From an uncultured Puniceicoccaceae bacterium (GTDB taxonomy: Bacteria; Verrucomicrobiota; Verrucomicrobiia; Opitutales; Oceanipulchritudinaceae), in contig CAWVVV010000003.1 of assembly GCA_963933835.1 (NCBI GenBank), forward strand, positions 96,001 through 160,000: a stretch of DNA of 64,000 bases, in the 5' to 3' direction. Positions 9,224 to 19,982 of the stretch are shown in pieces. Positions within the stretch are counted from its first letter, which is position 1. Every line of letters begins with the position of its first letter. The notes under the pieces were generated by a model. The model saw nothing but the letters and a program-made list of their open reading frames with translations, was not told where the DNA came from and searched no databases. The position numbers were made by a program, and so were the translations under genes.

Positions 9224-10370
9224 TCAATCTTCCATCTTGATGTCCTTGTTGCGCTGACGGGGACAGCCCGCTCTCAGCCATGCATGAATGAAGCGCTCAA
9301 GGTCACCATCCATTACACCCTGAACGTTCGAAGTGTCCACTCCGGTACGCAGATCTTTCACCATCTGGTAGGGCTGGAAGACGTAGGATCGGATCTGATT
9401 CCCCCACCCGATCTCACCTTTTTCGCCGTAGAATTTCTCCATCGAAGCCCGCTTTTCATCCTCTCGTTTTTCGAAGAGGCGGCTTTTGAGCATCTTCAAG
9501 GCGGTGGCTCGATTTTTCATCTGTGAGCGCTCGTTTTGACACTGTACTGCAATGCCCGTGGGCAGGTGTGTCATGCGCACTGCCGAGTCGGTTTTATTCA
9601 CGTGTTGGCCACCTTTTCCGGACGCTCGGTAAGTATCAACGCGGAGCTCTTCATCCTTGATCTCGAGATCAATATTATCGGTCACTTCCGCGATCACATC
9701 GACCGCACAGAACGAGGTATGGCGGCGTGAATTGGAGTCAAAAGGACTGATACGAACGAGTCGGTGCACCCCACGCTCAGCCTTCGCATAGCCATAAGCG
9801 TTTTCGCCCATGATGCGAATCGTAGCATGGCTGATCCCCGCCTCTTCACCAGGGGCGATATCATCGACTTCGACCGTGTAGCCGGCGCGTTCCGCCCAGC
9901 GCGAATACATCCGCAGAAGCATCTCGGCCCAATCGCAACTCTCCGTTCCACCCGCTCCAGCGTTGATACTGAGGATGGCGTTATTGCGGTCCATTTTACC
10001 ACTCAGGAAGCTCTGGAGTTCAAGTGCCTCCAGTTTTGATGCCAGCTCGGAAACCGTTTTAACGAACTCAGCCTCCAGTTCTGCACCCTCATCGCCGTCA
10101 GCCATTTCAAGTAATTCATCGACGGCTGAAAGGTCTTCAAGGCGCTGCTTGAAGTCGACGAGCGGTTTGATTGAGGACTTAAGCTGACTTACCTCTGTGG
10201 CGATAGCATTCGCTCTTTGTTGGTCGTCCCAGAAACCCGCATCGCCCATCCGGGCCTCATGGTCTTGAATCGTTTTCTGCTGGGCAGGGACGTCAAAGAT
10301 ACCTCCATAGATACCCAGATCGCTTGGTCAGTTCTTCTCGTTGCTGACGGACTTCAGGATCAATCGCCAT
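9224..10370 (-). CDS. prfB: Peptide chain release factor 2, with programmed +1 frameshift
   Basis: ORF1 10370-10293 (MAIDPEV...WRYL-stop) joins the +1 frame at CTT TGA C; SPF and GGQ motifs in ORF2. Confidence 0.96.
10292..10306 (-). promoter_or_regulatory. prfB +1 ribosomal frameshift site
   Basis: Minus strand GGAGGT AT CTT TGA C: internal SD-like sequence, CUU slip codon, UGA. Confidence 0.93.
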
Positions 10371-10472
10371 ATAGAACGAAGGTGAGTGCCCCGAAAGAGT
10401 TTACAACGCTGAAAGAGGCTTTTAACGCCCCAATTCAGCACCTCTATCTAAGCGGCTTAAGAACGCCTAGCC

Positions 10473-11189
10473 CTAGCGCTGAAAGTAAACAATCCGACCA
10501 CAATTCGAACAACGGATAAGCTGCTGACCTCGGCGAGCCTCACTTTCGACTTCACTTTCAACCTTAATATGACAGCCGGAGCATTTCGCCGCATTGACTG
10601 TGACGATGATCGGGAAGCGAGCCTTCACCTGTCTACAGACAAAGTCGTATTGCTGAAGCGCAGAGGTGTCATCGATATCACCACGGGCTTTCTCAACCGT
10701 CGCCTTCGTCTCATCCAGCTCAGCTTCGTTCACCTCTAAGCCTTGGTTGATGGTTGCGATCTGAGCTTCGAAGGTAGTCGTCGCCTTGGTCATCTCCTCT
10801 TTCAGTCGAGCGAGAACTGTTTCTGATCTTTCAATCTCATCGAGAAACTCGATTTCTTCTGTCTCTTGTTCGTCGATCGAACCAAGGATCGTCTTGATCT
10901 CATGCTCAAGCGCGTCGTATTCGTCCTGCTTTTTAATCTCGAGCTGCTGGGTGCGGTATTTGACGACTTTGTCCTGTGCCAATTCAACTTCACCCTCCAT
11001 CCCTAAGCGCTTCGCTTCGAGGTCTTTGATCGCACTTTCCGCCTCCGCGACCCTCTCCTTTGCTTTCGCGATTTCGCTCTCAGCCTTAGCCTTCTCGAGT
11101 GGCCATTGCTTCAAACTCGTCTCGAGTTGACGAAGCCGTTGGTCGCGATCCTGTAGAATTAATAGCTTAGCGAGCGCTGGAAAACCCAT
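10473..11189 (-). CDS. Coiled-coil C4 zinc-ribbon protein (CT398/HP0958-like)
   Basis: Long coiled coil; CSGCHI..CSNCGRI at C-terminus. Confidence 0.85.
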   Translation of the reverse strand: MGFPALAKLLILQDRDQRLRQLETSLKQWPLEKAKAESEIAKAKERVAEAESAIKDLEAKRLGMEGEVELAQDKVVKYRTQQLEIKKQDEYDALEHEIKTILGSIDEQETEEIEFLDEIERSETVLARLKEEMTKATTTFEAQIATINQGLEVNEAELDETKATVEKARGDIDDTSALQQYDFVCRQVKARFPIIVTVNAAKCSGCHIKVESEVESEARRGQQLIRCSNCGRIVYFQR

Positions 11190-11249
11190 GTCACTGGATA
11201 GAGCGACGACGCCGATAGGTTGGCAAGTTCGAAGGCCACTCCCTACGAC

Positions 11250-12329
11250 CTAAAGTCTGTCTAGAAATCCCAATACAGCGCGTGCCTGTTGCAGAGGCGA
11301 AAACCTCGACCGTGACCAGCGACACGCAGCCCGCCCCATGCTTTCACGCAAGCTACGGTTTTCGACGAGCGTAGACAGTGCTTTTCGGAAGCCGAGAAGA
11401 TCACCGGGAGGGATGAGGAATCCACCAATCCCCGGTTCAAATGCCTCTCCTACGCCGCGAAAGTCCTCTGCGATGACGGGCAGTCCGGAGCTTTGCGCCT
11501 CGATCAGAAAGTTAGGCAATGAGTCTTCACGAGAAAGCGAGAGCGCCAGATCGGCCGCTGCGTAATGTGCCGCTGGATTTTCAATATAGCCGAAAAAACG
11601 GAGCTTACTTTCCAACCCGAGAGACTTCGCCAGGACCTCGCACTCAGTCCTGCAAGGGCCATCACCCACTAGCCAGAAGACCCAAGATCGGTCTTCAGCC
11701 TCCGCATCCCAGTTGGCTAGCTGCCGGATGAGCGTGGCTTGACGCTTTCCATGACGAAACGATGCAACTTGCAGTAATACCGTAGTCGAAGAATCGACCC
11801 CCTCGGTGTGCCGAAGAGCCTCTCCTTCTTCAGAGGGAGCCTGATCACTCAAGAGTGCGTTTGGAACCACCTCGATCGCTTCGCCAAGGCAATTCTGGAT
11901 CTTCAGGCGCTGTGCCCACCATCCTGTGTTAACTAGAATTCCGCTCACCCGACTCAGCGCCCAACGATGCCACGGTTGAAGTCGCTTACCCGTCCGAAGG
12001 GTAGACACTACGGGCGTGCAACGGAACTGTTGCTGAATCCAACCCGCATAACAGTTCGCCGATCGGCCCATGCAAAGGATGCGCTCGGGATGAGAGGCTT
12101 CAATCGCTTCGATCAAACCTGGTGCGTAAACGCTGATACCAGAATCCCATGATTGCAGGACGGTGACAGTGTAATCCTTTGCTCGCTGTTGCGGAAATAG
12201 CTCCCCCCCTGGGCGAAAAATAATGAGGTGCACTTCGTGGCCCTCCTCGACTGAGGCTCGAGCCAAATGCAGACTCTGCCTTTCTGTTCCACCAACCCTT
12301 AGCTGGTCTTGAATGATCGTTAAACGCAC
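11250..12329 (-). CDS. Glycosyltransferase, GT4 family
   Basis: GGTERQ N-terminus; EDSLPNFLIEAQSSGLPVI. Confidence 0.88.
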   Translation of the reverse strand: MRLTIIQDQLRVGGTERQSLHLARASVEEGHEVHLIIFRPGGELFPQQRAKDYTVTVLQSWDSGISVYAPGLIEAIEASHPERILCMGRSANCYAGWIQQQFRCTPVVSTLRTGKRLQPWHRWALSRVSGILVNTGWWAQRLKIQNCLGEAIEVVPNALLSDQAPSEEGEALRHTEGVDSSTTVLLQVASFRHGKRQATLIRQLANWDAEAEDRSWVFWLVGDGPCRTECEVLAKSLGLESKLRFFGYIENPAAHYAAADLALSLSREDSLPNFLIEAQSSGLPVIAEDFRGVGEAFEPGIGGFLIPPGDLLGFRKALSTLVENRSLRESMGRAACRWSRSRFSPLQQARAVLGFLDRL

Positions 12330-12343
12330 GTCGCAAAATTTGA

Positions 12344-13153
12344 CTAGAGGCCGTAGTATTTCAATATGCGACGGCGCATAAAATCAGAAGGCAGGAGGCG
12401 GGCCGCAGCTGAAGCGACCTGACATTCAAACCAGGAACCTGAGCGCAAGATACCGGTATTCCCACTGCGGAGATAGCGATAGAGGTCAGCGGCAGCCCGT
12501 TCTGGTTTCGATCCCTTTGCCACCTTTTCACGCACGGCATCCCAGGCTTCGGTTTCTCGGCGGCTAAGATTGTCTGCGACGACAGAGCTGGCATAAAATT
12601 CGGTTTTGAAATCACCAGGGCGAAAATCAACAACCTGAATCGCAGTCTCACTCAGATCGAGCATCAGACTCTGCGTAAACCCAGCTAGGCCTGCTTTCGC
12701 TGCATTATAGAGCGGCAGGTATGGGATCGGTAGTTCGACCGCTAGTGAGGTCACGTTCACGATCGAACCTCGGTCTAACTTTCGCATCTGCGGCAAGACG
12801 GCTTGAGCGAGCGCAATCGGGGTCCTTAGCATGACCTGCAAGTGCTTCTCGTCAGCACCCAACGGAGCTTTTTCGATCGGACCAAAGTCGCTAAATCCAG
12901 CACAATTGATGAGGCTATCGATCTTGCCGAAATCAATTTCCCCAGAACTTAGAAGTTCGTTCACCGCATGCGGGTCGCTGAGATCACACTCGACCCATTC
13001 AACCCCTTCCAAAGGTTCGGCATTCAATCGGCTTCGTGTGATGCCAATCACCCGACCCCTACCTTTCACTAGTCGGTGCGTGATGGCTTGCCCGATGCCT
13101 CCGCTCGCTCCGGTAATCATTGCTGTCTTCTCTTCGAGCTTTCGTCTCGCCAT
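12344..13153 (-). CDS. Short-chain dehydrogenase/reductase
   Basis: TGASGGIG, NCAG, YNAAK; ATG at 13153 preferred. Confidence 0.9.
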   Translation of the reverse strand: MARRKLEEKTAMITGASGGIGQAITHRLVKGRGRVIGITRSRLNAEPLEGVEWVECDLSDPHAVNELLSSGEIDFGKIDSLINCAGFSDFGPIEKAPLGADEKHLQVMLRTPIALAQAVLPQMRKLDRGSIVNVTSLAVELPIPYLPLYNAAKAGLAGFTQSLMLDLSETAIQVVDFRPGDFKTEFYASSVVADNLSRRETEAWDAVREKVAKGSKPERAAADLYRYLRSGNTGILRSGSWFECQVASAAARLLPSDFMRRRILKYYGL

Positions 13154-13205
13154 CACCAAAGTACGCCAAAATGCTGGCACTCAATTTCTTGCGCAAGGAC
13201 AAACC

Positions 13206-16200
13206 ATGCCCCCTTCGCTCCTCATCCTAACCCACGAGTATCTACCGAAGCGCGCCGGGATCGCCACTTATGTGAGCGAGACTGCTCGTGCTGCATGGGA
13301 ACAAGGTTGGGACGTAACGATCCTCGCACCGCGCTACACGACCCCAGAAGCTAAAGAGCGCTTTCGCGTCATCCCGACGAAAGTTGCAGGAAAACAGGAT
13401 TGGCTCGATCGCCTCCGCATGAGGGAGGCTGTTCGCATCTTGGAGATTGATTGGAGTAAAATAACTCTCTGGCTTCCCGAACCAGGACCGCAACGCCTAT
13501 GGATGTATGCAAAGCTGCTCGGCCTGCCAAAACCAAAAGAACTCATCCTCACGCTCCACGGCTCCGAAATCCTTCGCTTTTCCACTCAATTATGGCGGCG
13601 CAAGCGATTCGCGAAGCTCCTTGAAAAGGCCGAGCTTGTAAGCGTCGTTTCATATTACACCAAAGAGCTCCTCGTCTCTCGTTACGGCCCATTGGATGGA
13701 AAAACAAAAGTCGTGTATGGCGCAGTCCGCCAAGACCTCTTGCAAGCGCTAGAAGCTACAAAACCGAGAACAAAAAGGACTGATCAGTTTATCGTCCTTA
13801 CCCTCGCGAGAATCCATCCCCGCAAAGCGCAAGACCGCGTTATCGACGCCATCGCACTGCTACCATCCCACCTACGGGAAAGCACCACCTACCGTCTAAT
13901 TGGTGGAATCGGGCAAAAGGCTTTTGCTACCGAACTACAGAAGAAAGCACAGGCACTTGGCGTCAGGCTAGAAGGCCCTATTTTGGCTAACTCAGCTGAA
14001 GCCATCGCGAAAGAACTGCGCGATGCCGACCTCATGATTCTCACCAGTAAAGAAGAACCCAACAGCGTAGAAAGCTTTGGACTTGTTTATTTGGAAGCGG
14101 CGGCGGCGGGTTGCCCCGTTGTTGCGATCGACTCAGGGGGCGTGAGCGAGGCCATCAGTCATCAAAGCGGATGTATTCTAAACTCCGCTACAGCGGAGTC
14201 TCTAAGCAAAAAACTCGAAGCGCTCCAATCGAACAAAACTCAACTTGGAGAATGGGCAAACGCAGGACCTACCTGGGCCAAACAATTCTCATGGAGCGCT
14301 ACGGCCTTAGAGATATTTGGCGACGGCACAACGAACGCAACCAATCGGCATTACACCAATGTCATCGCTGAACTTGAAAAGAGCCTGAAAGGCGTCGAGG
14401 CGGTGTCGCTCGACGTTTTCGATACCGCATTGCAAAGAGTTGTTTATCCCAAAGAGATTTTTGCTCTCGTCGAAGCCCGTGCGGTCGAAGCGTTCGGCCC
14501 GAATTTCAAAGGGTTCGCGGACTGCCGGATAGAAGCTGAAGCTCGCTCAAGGAAAGCATCTCCCGAAAGAGTGGCCCACGGAGAGGTGAATCTAGAAGAG
14601 ATCTATGCCGAACTTGTGAGACAAAATCCTCGTTGGCACGACCGTTGCAGTCGGCTCATCGAAATGGAATGGGAGGAGGAACTCCACGTCAGCCGCCCAC
14701 ACCCCCTAGGACAAGAGGTCTACCGCCAAGCCAAAAGCGCAGGCAAACGCGTCCTCTTCGTTTCCGACATGTATCTCGGATCTGATCGTATCGAAGCGTT
14801 ACTACAACATAACGGATACAAGGAACCTACCGTCTTATGTTCAGCAGATCATTTGTGCAGCAAAGACAAAGGGACACTTTACCCGATCGTCGCTAAAACC
14901 CTCAATCTCTCACCCAGCAAAATCATCCATGTAGGCGATAATGCAAAAAGCGACTACAGGAGAGCGAAAGATGCCGGTTTCCAAGCACTCGCATTGCGCC
15001 CACCGGACAAAGCTCCCCAAGATGCGAAACACTTTAAACAAATAGACTCTGCTTCAATTTTCAGCCGAGGACTCACGACAAGAAAGCACTACCTCTATAA
15101 CATCGGAACAGACTCATCCACTCCACCGGGTTATCAGATTGGATATACCGTCCTTGGTCCCTTTGCCTATGGGCTTTGCCGCTGGCTTGTTGATGAAATG
15201 CAGAAGCGCGGCACAGACCTGCTTCTTTGTTTAGGCCGAGATGGGCACATGCCCTACACCATCCTACGACAATGGCAGAAAGAATACGGCCTTCTCCCTG
15301 ATACACGAATCGAGTATTTTCACTGCTCGCGGCGAGCTTGCACACTAGCATTGGCTGGCGACGGCATGAGTCCTCTCGTCCTAAAGACGCTATCCCAACA
15401 CCGGCGCAGCGTCCCCGTTCGTGACTATCTAGAACGGATTGGCCTAGAACCCGAAGATCATATCGAAGCAGTTAAAGGCGCAGGCTTTAGTTCCCTAGAT
15501 GAAGTCGTTCATCGAAAAGAAGGACGGCCACAAATGGAACTGCTGTTCAAAAGCCTCGAAGCCCCTCTCAAAGTCCTCGGCCATGAAGAAAAGACAAACC
15601 TTGTCGAGTCTCTCCGTATCAAAGGACTGGATACATCAAAAGCCCCAGCTCTTTTCGATCTAGGGTGGCGCGGCACTCAACAATCTGCCTTGCAGGCGAT
15701 TCTGACTGACTACCCATCTCTCCATGGGTACTATTTGAGTATTGCAGATTCACACGCGAAAAAGGGCACGACACAGGGTTATCTCGTCGAAGATGGAGAG
15801 CCTAATCTCATGCGAGGCGCCCTCGAAGCTGCCATCCCAGTTCTCGAACTTCTTTACTCAAGCCCCGAACCAAGCTTCCTCTACTACAAAAAGGACGGAG
15901 ATAAAATCACGCCCGTTTTCGATTCAATCAATCCAAATTCCGATGAGATCGAGAAACTCCATAACGGAGCAAGTGCATTTATAACGGACATAACCAATCT
16001 GGAGAACGGTCCAAACCTTAAGCTATCAACCAATTCGGCAGCAGCCCCGTTCCTTTCAATGGCTCTTAATCCAACGAGAGAGCAGGCAGATTACCTCTCT
16101 CAGCTCGTTTTCTCGGATGCCCTAGGAAAAGAACGGCCCACCATTTTGACTAAGGTAAAGCCTCCGAAGCTGCGGGAATTTATTTTCGACTATCAATACT

Positions 16201-16337
16201 TTTTCGAACGCTACTCCCAGACGGCGTGGCGAGCCTACTTCATCCAGCAAATGTCAGTAGCTGCTCGAATATGGGTGACACCTTGGTCACCTTCGTTTCG
16301 TCGTATCCGCAAAGCGATCCGTGTCTTTGGCGGATGA
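13206..16337 (+). CDS. GT4 glycosyltransferase fused to a HAD-superfamily domain
   Basis: HEYLPKRAGIATY, ESFGLVYLEAAAAG; then SLDVFDT, VSDMY, HVGDNAKSD, RDG, DLGWRGTQQ. True start 13206, not 12831. Confidence 0.82.
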   Translation: MPPSLLILTHEYLPKRAGIATYVSETARAAWEQGWDVTILAPRYTTPEAKERFRVIPTKVAGKQDWLDRLRMREAVRILEIDWSKITLWLPEPGPQRLWMYAKLLGLPKPKELILTLHGSEILRFSTQLWRRKRFAKLLEKAELVSVVSYYTKELLVSRYGPLDGKTKVVYGAVRQDLLQALEATKPRTKRTDQFIVLTLARIHPRKAQDRVIDAIALLPSHLRESTTYRLIGGIGQKAFATELQKKAQALGVRLEGPILANSAEAIAKELRDADLMILTSKEEPNSVESFGLVYLEAAAAGCPVVAIDSGGVSEAISHQSGCILNSATAESLSKKLEALQSNKTQLGEWANAGPTWAKQFSWSATALEIFGDGTTNATNRHYTNVIAELEKSLKGVEAVSLDVFDTALQRVVYPKEIFALVEARAVEAFGPNFKGFADCRIEAEARSRKASPERVAHGEVNLEEIYAELVRQNPRWHDRCSRLIEMEWEEELHVSRPHPLGQEVYRQAKSAGKRVLFVSDMYLGSDRIEALLQHNGYKEPTVLCSADHLCSKDKGTLYPIVAKTLNLSPSKIIHVGDNAKSDYRRAKDAGFQALALRPPDKAPQDAKHFKQIDSASIFSRGLTTRKHYLYNIGTDSSTPPGYQIGYTVLGPFAYGLCRWLVDEMQKRGTDLLLCLGRDGHMPYTILRQWQKEYGLLPDTRIEYFHCSRRACTLALAGDGMSPLVLKTLSQHRRSVPVRDYLERIGLEPEDHIEAVKGAGFSSLDEVVHRKEGRPQMELLFKSLEAPLKVLGHEEKTNLVESLRIKGLDTSKAPALFDLGWRGTQQSALQAILTDYPSLHGYYLSIADSHAKKGTTQGYLVEDGEPNLMRGALEAAIPVLELLYSSPEPSFLYYKKDGDKITPVFDSINPNSDEIEKLHNGASAFITDITNLENGPNLKLSTNSAAAPFLSMALNPTREQADYLSQLVFSDALGKERPTILTKVKPPKLREFIFDYQYFFERYSQTAWRAYFIQQMSVAARIWVTPWSPSFRRIRKAIRVFGG

Positions 16338-16348
16338 GGATGACCCGA

Positions 16349-17536
16349 CTAAAGCGCCTTACTTAGGGCTTCGACAGCAAAATCGATATCTTCTGCTGTG
16401 TGGCGTGCAGATACAGCTGTCCGCAAAAGATCTTTGCCCGGTGGCACAGCAGGAGCGATCGCCATCACTGTGAAAACACCATTTTTAAGCAATTTACGCC
16501 AAACATTGTAAGCTCGATCTCGACTACCCAAGACAAGAGGAACCGCAGGCGTTTCGCTATCCCATGTATCAACATCGAGCTGATTAAGGAGTCGCTTGTA
16601 ATAGCGTGTATTCTCCCAAAGTCGTTCGCGATGCTCAGGTTCTGTCTTCAAAATATCAATACATGCGGAAGCAATCGCTGCCTGTGATGGAGAAATCGCA
16701 GCACTGAATATCGCCTGCTTCGAATGCGTGCGCAGATACTCAATCAGCTCTTTCGATCCAGCAACGTAGCCGCCCGTCGAGGCGAGTGACTTCGAGAGAC
16801 TTCCACAGATCACATCGACCTCATGAGTACAATCGAGATAGCCCGCAGTGCCCTGCCCTCGATCGCCCAGCACACCCAAACCATGCGCGTCATCGAGAAT
16901 ATAGAAGCAACCATGCGGACGACCAACGTCTACAATTTGGGGGATGGGAGCAATGTGACCCTCCATCGAGTAAACACCCTCGAGGACGACAATCTTCGCC
17001 CGGTCACGCTTCTCACTCACTAAAATATCCTGAAGGTCTGCCGGATCGTTGTGGCCGAATCGCTCGACACGTGCTCCGCTGAGTTTAATTCCCGACCAAA
17101 GCGAAGAGTGCACGTTGCGGTCTACAAGGATAAGGTCGCCCATCTGCGAGAAGGTGCAAATCGCCGCCATGCAGGATAGATACCCCGCCGAAAATACCAT
17201 GCAGTCTTCTTTACCAAGAAATGATGCCAACTTCTCTTCCAATTCACCGTGGATCGACCGCGAGCCGTTTGCGAGTCGAGCCCCTGTCGTACTTGTGCCC
17301 CATTTAGCGAGTGCTTTTTGCCCCGCTTCGATGACTTTTGGGTGGTGAGAAAGTCCGAGGTAGTCGTTGCTCGAAAGCATCAAGTAACGTTTGTCGCCCT
17401 TGTAGACGTAAACGCCCTCTTCTCGGTCGAAGCTTCGATACCAAAGGTCATATTTCAGGCGTGCCTTCGTAGATTCGTCTTCATGACATCTACGTTCGAT
17501 ATTGCTGCGGTAACTAGGGCGGGATCGAAAAGGCAC
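16349..17536 (-). CDS. PLP-dependent alpha-oxoamine synthase, serine palmitoyltransferase-like
   Basis: SNDYLGL, GARLANGS, HSS, FGHND, EGVYSMEG, DDAHG, GSLSKS. Family is certain; SPT versus BioF/Kbl is inferred from context. Confidence 0.8.
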   Translation of the reverse strand: MPFRSRPSYRSNIERRCHEDESTKARLKYDLWYRSFDREEGVYVYKGDKRYLMLSSNDYLGLSHHPKVIEAGQKALAKWGTSTTGARLANGSRSIHGELEEKLASFLGKEDCMVFSAGYLSCMAAICTFSQMGDLILVDRNVHSSLWSGIKLSGARVERFGHNDPADLQDILVSEKRDRAKIVVLEGVYSMEGHIAPIPQIVDVGRPHGCFYILDDAHGLGVLGDRGQGTAGYLDCTHEVDVICGSLSKSLASTGGYVAGSKELIEYLRTHSKQAIFSAAISPSQAAIASACIDILKTEPEHRERLWENTRYYKRLLNQLDVDTWDSETPAVPLVLGSRDRAYNVWRKLLKNGVFTVMAIAPAVPPGKDLLRTAVSARHTAEDIDFAVEALSKAL

Positions 17537-17612
17537 GGGAAGCTTTCTTTAAAGGTTACGGCTATCAAAACAGACGGCCCACCAAGTGCAAGTCATTGAG
17601 ATCGACCCCCTC

Positions 17613-18809
17613 CTATTCGGCCATGCTCTCTTCGATGAAATCACAGAATTCAGCCATGTTTGCATGCGCATTGAAATTCTCTTCAACCCATTTCCTGGCC
17701 TTGGCAAGCTGCGCGAAGCGTTTTTCATCACTGGCCTGCAATTCTATGATGGCCTCAAAATAGGCTTCGGGCGCCCCCGCGACGAAGCCGTTGACTCGGT
17801 GCTGAACAACCTCAGTCACTCCACCGACAGGCGAGGCAATGACTGAACAGCCCAACGCCATGGCCTCTGCAATGACATTGGGAAAGCCCGCCTGATCTCC
17901 ACTTTTAGCTAGAGTGCCGGTAAAGAGAAGCGCATCTGAAGCGGAAAGCAGCCGAAGGACCTCTTCAAAAGGTTGGGCACCACGAAGCTCAACCCGGTCA
18001 GCCCATACGGATCGATCCATCCGCATCTCAAAAGCCCGCCTCCCCGGGCCATCTCCGATGATACAAAGTTGAAACAGCACTCCCTTCGCGGCAATATGAT
18101 CAAGAATATCCCCAAGGAGGTCGTAACCCATCTTCGGCACAAACCGGCCGACTACCGCCAAGCGCAGTGGTGTGCTAAGCGTCGCCTTGGGTTCATAGGA
18201 CGGCATCTGGGCAAATCCACGCCGTATGACACGAAGCCGACTCTGGTCTGCCCCGAGCTCAAGAAACCTCGCCGCGCCAGCCTCAGTCGACGTTCTGAGC
18301 GCACAAGCTGCCTCCATCTTTTGGCGAATCAGGGCGTCTCCACCGTCTTCAAAAAGGTCATAGGCGTGACCAGCAAAAGAGAACCGAAGTCCGGTCAACA
18401 GATGCACTGTCCAGCCAATCGTCGCAGGCAACGAGGCCCACACCGCATGCAGCACGGTATCATCGGTTGCCTCTCGCTCAAACTTTCGGGCTAAAATAAT
18501 GCCATAACCAAAGCCCAACAGATTCTCGAAGAAGTTTGTCGGATTTCTCCAACGCAAACGCACGAGGTTGCGAAAGACACGAAAAAATCGACGCGGTGAG
18601 CGCAAAAACCAATAAGGTAACATGAGGAGCAATAGCCACAGTTCGACAAGCCGGAAGCGCTGAACCGGTCGCCCTCTAAACTCAACTTCACCCCCCCAAA
18701 ACGACCAAAGTTCAATTTCACGGTCCGCCTTCAGCAATGCCTCAACTTCCCGCTGAAGAAAGGTCTCGGTCCGAACTGGAAAGGTAGAAAAAAGCAGGAC
18801 TAAACGCAT
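17613..18809 (-). CDS. Glycosyltransferase, GT4 family (WcaL-like)
   Basis: TFPVRTETFLQREV, HAYDLF, GFPNVIAEAMALG. Confidence 0.87.
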   Translation of the reverse strand: MRLVLLFSTFPVRTETFLQREVEALLKADREIELWSFWGGEVEFRGRPVQRFRLVELWLLLLMLPYWFLRSPRRFFRVFRNLVRLRWRNPTNFFENLLGFGYGIILARKFEREATDDTVLHAVWASLPATIGWTVHLLTGLRFSFAGHAYDLFEDGGDALIRQKMEAACALRTSTEAGAARFLELGADQSRLRVIRRGFAQMPSYEPKATLSTPLRLAVVGRFVPKMGYDLLGDILDHIAAKGVLFQLCIIGDGPGRRAFEMRMDRSVWADRVELRGAQPFEEVLRLLSASDALLFTGTLAKSGDQAGFPNVIAEAMALGCSVIASPVGGVTEVVQHRVNGFVAGAPEAYFEAIIELQASDEKRFAQLAKARKWVEENFNAHANMAEFCDFIEESMAE

Positions 18810-19972
18810 TATTCTACAACCTCTTTGCCTAAAGCATACAAACGTTCAACGAGGGTCTCTGGATGTTCTGCCGCAGCAAAAGCGCCCATCCGCTTGATCA
18901 TACCATCGTATGAGTCGGGATCCTCCAATAGGCCGGCTAGGGCTTGCTTCAATTCACGCGCTGAACGGATACGCAGACCAATACCTTCACGATGAAGAAA
19001 CCGACTTGTGCAAAATTCCTGGGGCATCGGCCCACGTTCGGCATGAAAGAGAGCTGGGACGACGAAGTGGACGCATTCCGCAAGGGTATTTGAGCCGCCT
19101 CGAGTGAGGACAATATCGGAGGACTGAAAGAGAGGGCCCACCTCAGTCAAAAATCCATGGATCGAGATGCGGAAATCAGGATGCCCCGCGGCCCATGCAC
19201 GTGTTCGCGTCAAAGTCGTCTCATTTTTTCCGCACAGGGCGATGACTTGAACCTTTCCTCCGAGATCGGCGATGCTATCGAGCATCTTTTCATGGCGATC
19301 CGCTCCTTTCATCCCTGAGGCCAGGAGCAAAGTAAACGTTGCCGAATCTAGGTTAAGCACCTCTGAGCGATACCGTTTCCTCTCATCCCATGCCATCCGC
19401 GACTCAAAATCAGTAGGCCGCAGCAAGGCACGAAAGACATGACACTTCGCGGGTGAAATACCGCGCTCTACAGCCAACTCAGCAACGGCCTTCGTCCGAC
19501 AAAGAAAAAGGTCCACCGAGGGGTCGATCCAGTGTTTAGAAAATCCGAAGCCGGGTGACCACTCTCCACAGTAGATTGCACACCGAACCTGATCGGCTCC
19601 AAGTGCCGCCCTCGCCCGTGCAAAATAGGGTGCGTTCAGGCTGTCATGCATACTGATGACGAGATGGGGTCGCGACGCTTTGAAGCGCTTTTCAACAGCT
19701 CCGCCACCAAAAGGCGTACCGAAATCCTGAACCCAGCCCCAGACTTCAGTGATGTGCCAAAAGATAAAGTGAAGTGCAGGGAGATGGCGTTGGATCGTAT
19801 TATAAATCCAAACCCCGAAACGCCCAACAACCGAGCTCTCCTCGAGGGCATGCCAAACTTCAACTTCGACGCGATCCCCTAGACACTTTTCAGCCCAATC
19901 TTTAAGAGCATAAGAACGAACATCATGGCCGCTTCCCGTGCTCGAGGTAAGAATCATCCATCGCTGCCGCAT
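18809..19972 (-). CDS. MGDG synthase/UgtP-like glycosyltransferase (GT28)
   Basis: SSTGSGH, LCGKN, TRGGSNTLAEC, PQE. Confidence 0.8.
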   Translation of the reverse strand: MRQRWMILTSSTGSGHDVRSYALKDWAEKCLGDRVEVEVWHALEESSVVGRFGVWIYNTIQRHLPALHFIFWHITEVWGWVQDFGTPFGGGAVEKRFKASRPHLVISMHDSLNAPYFARARAALGADQVRCAIYCGEWSPGFGFSKHWIDPSVDLFLCRTKAVAELAVERGISPAKCHVFRALLRPTDFESRMAWDERKRYRSEVLNLDSATFTLLLASGMKGADRHEKMLDSIADLGGKVQVIALCGKNETTLTRTRAWAAGHPDFRISIHGFLTEVGPLFQSSDIVLTRGGSNTLAECVHFVVPALFHAERGPMPQEFCTSRFLHREGIGLRIRSARELKQALAGLLEDPDSYDGMIKRMGAFAAAEHPETLVERLYALGKEVVE

Positions 19973-19982
19973 CGTATCCAGT

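Noticed and set aside
12831..13205. N-terminal 125 aa of the 1168-aa ORF
   Set aside because: Overlaps the SDR gene in antisense; GT4 similarity begins at ATG 13206
16349..17536. Annotation as bioF
   Set aside because: No biotin genes nearby and the context is lipid/glycosyltransferase; symbol withheld pending phylogeny
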